From assembly GCF_006345805.1 (NCBI RefSeq), contig NC_043017.1:1550001-1614000 (forward strand): DNA of 64,000 nucleotides. The letters are read 5' to 3'. The notes under the pieces were generated by a model, which was not told where the DNA came from, searched no databases, and worked only from the letters and a program-made list of their open reading frames with translations. How positions within the stretch are numbered: position 1 is the first letter of the stretch; every line of letters begins with the position of its first letter. Source of the DNA: Octopus sinensis (lineage: Eukaryota). The position numbers and the translations under genes were made by a program. Below are positions 54,583 to 64,000 of this stretch, piece after piece.

Positions 54583-55229
54583 GTAAGATTTTATTGTGAG
54601 CTTCATAATCATAAGGCACATCACGTGGTAAGCTGCATTCAGTGGAGAACTATCAAGAATTAGTAATTATACTGTTATACATTGACGACAGCCTGTGACA
54701 GACGGACGTTAATAGAGCAAATGACACATCCAATTTATGTATCCCACGATCAGAGTGCGAGGTTAATTACGAAACGACATCAATCTTTCGCTAACATTTA
54801 AAAACATTTTAGATATTTTTTTGTAATTATTGAACTGCGACGGTGTTAAATTATACAATTTGAACTGGGAAAGTTCTCTACAAATCGCAAACACATACAT
54901 GCATATAGATAAATAAATAGATAGATGGATAGATAGACAGACAGATATATAGATAGATTGTTAGTCATATATAGTTGCATACATATTCATATATTCTACT
55001 TGTTTCAATCATTAGACTGCCACCATGAAGAGGCACGACAAGGGCACGTGTTTGAAAACAGTAATCGAAAACGCTTACACACTAGGAAAAGAACTCCTTC
55101 CCCAAAACGGTTGTACCATCTTGATAAAAGATTTTATTATTTTGGGGAAAAATAATTCTTTTTGAAATCCTTTTTATACTCTAAGCCATGATTGATCGCT
55201 AAGTTCACAGATTTATTTTTTTTAATCAT

Positions 55230-55370
55230 ACTCTGTTTATTTTCTCTTATTCCTTTCTTCTCAAAAGCGTAGGCTCGAAATGTAAAAGACTTTCTCACTT
55301 TCCTGAGCGGCAAACTAATACACCTGCTTGTTATTTATAAACATGTCTTCGTCTTCTGTTTTTTCTGTAT
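55230..55370 (+). mobile_element. Penelope-like terminal repeat (family P2) with decayed hammerhead
   Basis: CTTT-CTTCTCA-AAAGC-GTAG-GCTC-GAAAT-GTA-AAAG at 55253-55288. Homologous to 59815-59950 in inverted orientation. Confidence 0.55.
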
Positions 55371-55863
55371 TGGATTGATAGTGTATTGTCTAGGATGTGG
55401 GTTGCTCATAGCGGGGCTATTTTTGGAGAGTGTGTAGTGTTGAAGATCTGGGTATAACTTCTGCATTTTTGCTCGTATGATTATTTATCAAGCCTAATGC
55501 TCCTTCATGCCCCACATTTTGAATACTTCAATTTGGACAATTTCTTCACTTCTTTCTTGACAATACTATGATGATAAGGTACTGCTAGAAATGGCAACCA
55601 AATTTCTCAAGATAGGTAATATTGGCATAGATGCAAGACACAGTAAATAATGTGGTCCTAGACATCAGAAAATACAGCGTGGATGGTCACAAATGCTTGA
55701 CTGTTCTTTTTTCCATAGTCCTGCTCGCTATTGATTGAAGCTAAAAACGACACCAAAAGAAAAAAAAAAGAATGACAGCGACAAAGATGACAAACGGTAA
55801 CAATAACAAGAACGTTACAATCAACGCTATTTCCTATATGAAACACTAGGCATATCAGGAACA

Positions 55864-55893
55864 AAAATGGCGACGGAGTAAACCCGCCATTTT
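55864..55893. promoter_or_regulatory. Inverted pair of YY1-type motifs
   Basis: AAAATGGCG (55864-55872) and CGCCATTTT (55885-55893), 12 bp apart, in non-repetitive sequence. Confidence 0.35.
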
Positions 55894-56999
55894 GTACATT
55901 TTTTTAGTTTTTTTTCTCCTTTTTGTTGCTATTTTGGTAACAATTACATTAGCGCTGGTGATGGCGTTTTTATTCTTAGAGATTTTAGTGTCAGTGGAAA
56001 TAAACTTTATCTTTGTCCTTTTATTGTGTTTTTTGCTGAACTTAATTCGTTTATATTGTATCTTTTCTTTTTACTTCTAGAGGGGAGCGAGGGAGGAATC
56101 GTCCTCCTAGTCTAGATTACAAAACGAATTTTATCCGGCGAATAAAACGTCAGCTGTGAAATAAAAGCCGATATAAATGTTGACCATTAACTCACCATTA
56201 AATAAGTGTTTGTTGTCAAGATCGAATTACGGGTTGGATGATTTACAGCATTCTTATAGATTTATTTCAATTAGGACCAACTTGAATTAATCAAACTGTT
56301 TAAGCATTTCTTTTACCTTTCTGCCGACAAAATTTAAACTTGCCAATGTTATTGCTAGCCTAGCATCAGAATTAATGTCGTCTGTAAACGAAACGAAACT
56401 CGCAATGAATTCTTTTCATACCAAATCTATTTTGGAATAACTACAAATATTTTAGAACAAATAAGAATTATTCTAGACAGTTTGTTTACCATTTTCATTG
56501 TATTATTCTTTCCTTTAAGTTAATTATAACCAATAAATGGAAGCTTTTCGAAACTATTTTGGAGTAAGTAAACACTATTGCGACTTTAATCTTCTGAGTT
56601 CAAACGCTGGTGTAGCTGGAAGCTGAATTCTTTTTGGAGTTTATAAAATTAGACCTTTTTTTTTTCTATCCATTGGTTTGGAATTTGGACAGTGGCCTTG
56701 TTAGGATACAAAATCGATCTCAGTTCACATTTTAAGAAGGGTACACGTTTCAGCGATCTTTTATTGCCGATCCGCTATGTTACCGATACGTTAAAAGTAC
56801 CACAACGGTTGATGAGAGGTGAAAAATAAACACACATGCAATAACGTGCATACGTGTGTGCGTACGCAGGCACAAGCACAGGCAAACACACACAAAAAAA
56901 CACACACATTCACACAAACACACAGCCAAATACAAGCACACATATGGGTGGAGTTTATGCTGTTTCTGTTTTCCAAATTTATTTTGGAATCTACTACAG

Positions 57000-57036
57000 C
57001 CGCAGGACGAGCTTTGGCTAGAGAGGAAAATACCTG
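57000..57036 (+). other. Candidate 37-nt exon
   Basis: T-rich upstream tract, TACAG acceptor, perfect GTGAGT donor. Phase 0 to 1 reads PQDELWLERKIP. Confidence 0.33.
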
Positions 57037-57249
57037 GTGAGTCCGCTTCATAATCACTTGAACATCTGTAATGAAACAAGATTATGTTTCGTTGCCTGTA
57101 GAACTCCAATTAGTGAATTAATATAAGAAATGATTCACATCTGATTACACAATTTCGATATCATCCTTCACATTTCTATCCTCGTCGGTAAGTAATGTTA
57201 GCTGTGTCACACAGTGAACTTAATTTTTTTTTCGGATTTGGCAGAGCGG

Positions 57250-57672
57250 CAGCAAGTCTGAAGTAAGAGTGTAGTAAAATTCATCGACCCCTAGTACTAA
57301 ACTGCTACTTATTTTATCGACCCCTACAGAATGAATGGTAAAACTGACTTATGTGGAATTAGAACGTAATGAGGCAATTAAAAATGCCGCCAAGCATTTT
57401 GCCCGGCGTGCTAACGATTCGGCCAGCTCACCCTCTTACAAAAATCTTAAATTTGATACTTTCAATTTTTAGCACAAGGCCAGCAATTTTGGGGAGGATA
57501 TTAATTCGAATAACTCAACTCCATTGTTCAACTGGTAATTAATTTACCACCCCCGAAAGGAATGATAGATTCATTTGGCTTCGATATTATTTGATCTTAG
57601 AACTTAACGAAATGATCGAAACGCCGCTAAACATTTTGTCCTTTACGGTAACAATCCTCCCAGCTCACCCCC
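57250..57672 (-). mobile_element. Two diverged SINE family A copies in tandem
   Basis: Heads GCCCGGCGTGCTAACGATTCGGCCAGCTCACC (~57400-57432) and CCCAGCTCACCCCC (~57658-57672). Second copy has the AGCACAAGGCCAGCAATTTTGGGGAGG tail. Confidence 0.7.
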
Positions 57673-58308
57673 TTTAGAGTAATCTGAATTATATTAATTA
57701 TATTTTCGAATATATATGTATCAGAACCACCTTCTTATTACAGCTACAAGTACGATTCATGTCCAATATCTTCATTCCAAGCCTAAAGGCTAGCTCGAAG
57801 TTTGCCAGCGATGTCTGGCAACAATACAAAGAAACCAGTATATCCGGTTAGTTGGGACTCATACAACAATGGCACATTTCTTTGATGTCAAATAACAATT
57901 AAAAATCATTGCAGAGTTGTTGCTGGAAAGCAATAAGAACAGAGAAACGAAAAAGATGTGATTCTTGTGCTATCATGTAACACAGAGCTTTCACTCATTT
58001 AATCTTTAATGGTGTAGAAGCAAGATAGAGTACAACAGTCGGGAAGCATAGGTGAGACCGTACGGTTTTCCAGTGAATATTCTATAACATTGCTCGAATC
58101 TATCTATTCGTGTCACTGAGATTTAAAATTTCCTTCATAGAAAGTACCTACAAGACTATTGGCAATATAAACACACATCCACACACTCAAACAAGACACA
58201 TACATATATCTATACGATATATACACCACACAAATACGTACATATATTTATAAAGAATACAAAGATATACACTGACACGCACGCTCACACACACTCACAC
58301 ACATATGT

Positions 58309-58389
<81 letters not shown>

Positions 58390-58627
58390 GTGGAGAATGA
58401 AGTGGATAGATGTTTATACATCATTGTTTCTCTGGTTTCTCTCTCTCTGTTGTCTCTCTGCCCGTCTTTTTGTCTCACTGTCACTCTTCCTTATATATAT
58501 ATATATATATGTACGTATGTATGTGTGTATTGCATACATACACATATACCTACGTAATATGTATATATGTGTGTATGTACATATATACATACATATTATA
58601 TATAATATATATATATATATATAATAT

Positions 58628-58661
<34 letters not shown>

Positions 58662-59814
58662 ATAGGTACATGCATATATATATATATATACATCATACAT
58701 TATACATATATAATATATAATATAGATATATATATATTACTATCGTTAGCATATCTATGGATGTGCAGTTAAGCGAAAAAGTACTACAACAACTTGGCCA
58801 TAAACTATCAAAGCGGACGACGAAAACCAAAAAATATAATAAACCGACCAGACATACAATCATTAGATTTGGTTCCAGTTGACAGGGTTTTATATTTTGT
58901 TAATATTATTTGCGATTTACCTACTTATTTCACAGAAGAAAAAATGCTGAATTTGTTTTTGGCTACAAACAAACTATAAGATATGCTATATTTAACTACT
59001 GCTGTATCTTTAGTTAGTCGGTTTTAGCTTTTTTAAGATTTTTTTTCCGTGATATTTGGCAGGAAACCGCGCGTTGAGACCATCACTGTTATATTATAGA
59101 AGACTCGTATAATTATATAACTAATAAATGCATACAACAGTTATGTTTCAGACCAGTTTTTTGAGCGTGTCTTGTGATCTTTTGTTGTGTTCTATAAACG
59201 ATACATGGGATTGAAATGTAGGGAAACTACTACACTCTATATAACTGGTCATTTAACTAGATCAAAAGGACAGGAGAATATTATGGAATTAAAATGTTCG
59301 AAAAGATTATCAATATGCTTTTTTCTTTACCAAATATTTCTAAATCACTGGTGCAAACGCGGCTGACTTAAGATCAGTTTTTGATTATATTTCTGGTTTT
59401 CCTGGTAATATTACAAGTGCCTTAAACTCCCTACAACAGAATTCCTAAAATTGCGTTGCTGTTTGAATATTCTAAAGTAATACTTTATTCAACTCTTCGT
59501 TTGTTTTTAATCAGTAACTCTGTACATCGTTCACAAAAGTTTTTTAAACTATGACATAAGGCAAACGTCTTCTTCAAACTTCCACTTCGTATTTTAAAGA
59601 ACATCCTGACAATGGATATCACAAAAGAAAGTCAAGAAGCTTTATCAGCTGCTGATCAAAAACAAGTAACGCTGTCTATTGGAAATTGCAATCAATTAAA
59701 CGATATTTTATATGTGTACTAGCTCCTGTAATTTATCACTTTGATAATCCAAAAAGACATATACATATATATGTGAGTGTGTGTGTGTGTGGTTGTGTGT
59801 GTGTGTGTGTGTGT

Positions 59815-59950
59815 GTATCAAAAGTCGAAGATAGTTGTATGAACAAATGAAAATATATTAGTTTGACGCTCGGGAAAATAAGAAAGTCTTCTACATTTCG
59901 AGCCTACGTTCATTAACTGAAAGGAATAAGAGAAACTAAACACATAGAGA
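59815..59950 (-). mobile_element. Penelope-like terminal repeat (family P2) with decayed hammerhead
   Basis: Minus strand 59888-59923 reads CTTT-CAGTTAA-TGAAC-GTAG-GCTC-GAAAT-GTA-GAAG. Confidence 0.55.
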
Positions 59951-60281
59951 ATAAAAAAAAAAATGTCGATTAGAGATGAAGAATGGCGACTGGTTTTTAC
60001 TTATATATATATATATTGATAATTATATATATATATATTATATATAGTTATATATATATATATATATTATGTATGTATGTATATGCTATATATATATATA
60101 TATATTATAATATATATATATATATATCTATAATATATATATATATATATTATATATATATATATAACATATATATATATATATATATACGGAGAGAGAG
60201 TTTTTTTGAAGTGATGTGCAGATATATTATATTGAGAATAACAAGGTTGTCAGATTGCTGGTTGACATGTATAATCCTCCA

Positions 60282-60314
<33 letters not shown>

Positions 60315-60718
60315 TATATACGTACACATATAGATATATATATATATATATATACGTACACATATATATATATATGCGTGTGTGTGTGTGTGTGTGTAAG
60401 GATATTTATATATATAATGAAATTAATAAAGAGCAGGAGAGCGGAGATTTACGCATCTATATTTTTTAATACGGTTATTTGATTGAGAACTGATATAATT
60501 GACAACACGGTAACTCTTAGGATAACATTTATCTCGAAAACGGTTTTGTATACATGTATATATATGTGTGTGTGTATGGAAATGGATGCGTGTCGTTCAA
60601 TTAAATAATAATATAATTAATATATATACATGTGTATCTATGTATATATGTATATATATATGTAAAATCACATACACATACATATACATAGATATATGCA
60701 TATAAATACATAAGTATA

Positions 60719-60756
<38 letters not shown>

Positions 60757-60842
60757 TATATATAATCATATACACATACATATACATATTTATATGCATA
60801 TAAATACATAAATATATGCATATATGTATATATATATAAAGT

Positions 60843-61046
60843 TAATCCAAACATGAAAACACAAAGAGAAAATACAACAACGCGAGGACGTGGAACAAAT
60901 ATAGTATTATTGGACGCTCAGGCAGGAAGGGAAGAAGGAGGGTTGAACGTTTCGAGTGGAGCTCTTCGTCAGAAACATAGGAAAAGGAATGATCCAGAGA
61001 AGGGAAGACGGAGGAAAAAATATCGCCAACGGTACACACGCGGTCA
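60843..61046 (-). mobile_element. Penelope-like terminal repeat (family P1) with mutated hammerhead at 60942-60976
   Basis: Highly similar inverted copy of 26095-26330. Reads GUUU-CUGACGA-A-GAGC(UCC)ACUC-GAAAC-GUU-CAAC, with mismatches in stems I and II. Confidence 0.7.
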
Positions 61047-61711
61047 CATATATATACATAAATATGAAGTACATTTATCTAAAGAGAGAGTCAGCAAACG
61101 TGGTCCAGAGACTCCTCATATAGAAAACACTTATTAACGCTCAAATGATTTCAATTTTAACTCCGAAAACGTGACGGAGGCAAAGAGCGGTTATAAGAGC
61201 AGTGGTGGTGGGCGGATATGGAGATAATGATGCAAATAAACAAATAAAATTGCTGAGTTAGATATACAGAATATGTGTATACATGTAAATAGAGAGAGAG
61301 GGAAGACTGAATATTTTTTTTGACTATTAATATTAAAGTATTCAAACATAGATATTCATATATTAGAAGCTCAAACTTACACGGAGCACAAAAACAGAGT
61401 TGTTATTAGTTCGGCAGCTGATTTTGGGGACGGGGTTGCTTCTGCAAGCTCCCATTGCGTATGCAAATGTGGGCTGCCACTTGTTGGCGCGTTACAGAAC
61501 ACGTCTAGGAAATTTTTGGTATCATGTCGTATATATATATATGTGTATCAGTGTGTGTCTGTGTGTGTCTGTGTGCGCATGTGATATTATATAATAATAT
61601 AGATATATATATATATATATTATATATATATATGTATGTATATGTATATGTATATCTATCTGTCTGTCTATCATCTATCTATATAATTATCTATCTATCT
61701 ATCTATCTATC

Positions 61712-61762
<51 letters not shown>

Positions 61763-61763
61763 A

Positions 61764-61806
<43 letters not shown>

Positions 61807-61958
61807 ATATATATAGAGAGAGAGAGAGAGAGAGATAAATATGATAGATACACACATACACACATATATATATATGTGTGTGTGTGTGTATGTATTGTAT
61901 ATGTATATCTATTATCTATGTTTATCTATCTATCTATCTATCTATCTATATATATATA

Positions 61959-62001
<43 letters not shown>

Positions 62002-62039
62002 TACATGTATATATATATAATATATTTGAGCGATATATA

Positions 62040-62120
62040 TCAAGTAGATTTCTTCGACTAAACCCTTCAAAAGCGTTACTGTATCATGACAGTAACTACT
62101 AAAATATAATGAAAGAATGA
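62040..62120 (+). mobile_element. SINE family B tail remnant
   Basis: GATTTCTTCGACTAAACCCTTCAAAAGCG...CATGACAG. Confidence 0.45.
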
Positions 62121-62728
62121 TATATCATATCATGACTGCTTTGAAATTAGAACATACAATATATATAGAAAATAGAGAATTAGGCGACTCTCACAACATT
62201 CCTAAAATAATTATAAGGTTCACGAAAGCGATACTGAAAGCAAAGTAGATTTTATCATAGTTATTTTATAACTATATCATAAGAGATTATTTATCTTCCA
62301 CCATTTATTGTAATATTTAAAACTTGTTTATAAAATTGTAGCATAGTTAAGCGAGACAAACCGAAGTAATGTTTGTATCAAAAACAATTTCGCTAGCTAC
62401 AACAAGATATTAATAAATATGGAATTGATATTAGATGAACGACATAAGTGGAATAATTTGGCGAGGAATATACCAAGTTGCGAGGACTGCATAGCAAAAT
62501 AGCTTTTTCTTAGTACATGCCTCATGATTGTATCTTATTATATAAATTCAGGCGGCGATAATGCCAGATTATCTCACAGGAATGATTCATATGCGTGCAT
62601 ATGGATGTATATAAATACTCAGCAGAAAAAAAACCACACACATACACATATTTACGTAGGTGTGTGTGTGCGTGTGTGTGTGTGTGTGTAAAAATGTATT
62701 TATAAGCAAATATGTATATGTAATATAA

Positions 62729-62762
<34 letters not shown>

Positions 62763-63346
62763 ATTTGTGTATAAATATATATATATATATATTGCTCATA
62801 TATAAGTGTATATATGTTATATATGTGCGCATGTATATATGTATACACGAGAAAATATGCATATGTATGGTATCTACTTTGAAGCTAATTTAATAACTAG
62901 GTATGCTTTTGAATACTATTCGTTGACAGTAATCAGCCATACATGTATTCAGTATATATGTACGAATGTATTCAGTATACATGTACGTATGTATGTGTGT
63001 GTATATACGCATCTATATCTATACGCATCATATATATATATATATATATGTCTGTAAGTGTGTGCGTGTGCAATCCCGTATGTATGTTTATATAAAGATA
63101 TTTACATTAACTTCAGGAAGACAGTATTTAGGTCTGTTTCGAACATTTGAGAATAATTTTAGAGCACATTGATACTTTACTTAATGAATGGAAACCTAAC
63201 GTATTGTATATTAATAAGAGCCCATAGGTATATTCCATACCATTGAAAAAGTAGAAATGTATTTTAATGGATGTATAAAAGTCATGAATGAAGTACCATG
63301 CTGATATAAAGTTTTCCATGTTTGTATGTCTAACTATCCATCCATA

Positions 63347-63420
<74 letters not shown>

Positions 63421-63549
63421 CTATCTACTATCTATCTATCTATCTATATATATATATATATCTATATATCTATATATATCTATATATATATATATAATAT
63501 ATATATATATATATTTATCTATCTTTCCGTCATCTATGTATCTATCATC

Positions 63550-63593
<44 letters not shown>

Positions 63594-63693
63594 ATATATA
63601 TATATAGATAGATAGATAGCTAGATAATAGAGATAGATAGATAGATAGATAGATAGACAGACAGACGATAGATAGACAAAATAAGTATATATA

Positions 63694-63733
<40 letters not shown>

Positions 63734-63759
63734 TGCGAGCTTGTTGTTGCTAATATTGT

Positions 63760-64000
63760 GGCCATATGATCGACGTATGATCCTGATCACGCCATTTTTT
63801 TCTGGCCTTACCATGTAAACATGGCCGCTCTACTAATTGTATACAAAAATAGAACAAAGAGCAGTGATCCGATTCTTCTGGTCGGAGGTTATGCTAGTCG
63901 TTGAAATACATTGGCGGCTCTCAGCATAATACGGGGACGCCAGTCAACCTCCACCACTGATTTGAAGATACAGCAAGCTCGAGAGATGGTAATGGTGAAC
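63760..64000 (+). mobile_element. 5' part of a third mariner related to 15583 and 20930, running off the window
   Basis: GTAAACATGGCCGC (ATG at 63821), then EQRAVIRFFWSEVMLVVEIHWRLSA*YGD and RQSTSTTDLKIQQAREMVMVN. Confidence 0.8.

Noticed and set aside
57244-57261. 18-nt exon candidate AGCGGCAGCAAGTCTGAA with GTAAGA donor
   Set aside because: Overlaps the tail of a decayed SINE A and gives a stop in the phase required after the 57000 exon.

Overview
AT-rich, microsatellite-saturated animal genomic DNA with no recognisable intact protein-coding gene. The repeat landscape (tRNA-derived SINEs with (TA)n/(CA)n, CR1, RTE, Penelope, Dong/R4, mariner and Helitron relics) suggests a coleoid cephalopod, probably Octopus; this is inference, not a database match. 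Nearly all ORFs in the track are microsatellite translations; the few with real protein signal are decayed transposon fragments. There is one 100-N scaffold gap (16673-16772) flanked by a probable false duplication. Most interesting signals: (1) six hammerhead-ribozyme-like motifs in short repeats bounded by (TA)n, from three apparent families, two of them with an intact minimal fold, consistent with Penelope-like element termini; (2) four small + strand exon candidates (16, 33, 11 and 37 nt over 23 kb) with good splice signals and compatible phases, possibly a host gene with microexons (unproven); (3) two Dong/R4-type fragments abutting (TAA)n; (4) inverted repeats that could form dsRNA; (5) a non-coding element with ~295-bp direct repeats. 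Repeat boundaries are approximate, and family names come from remembered motifs, not searches.
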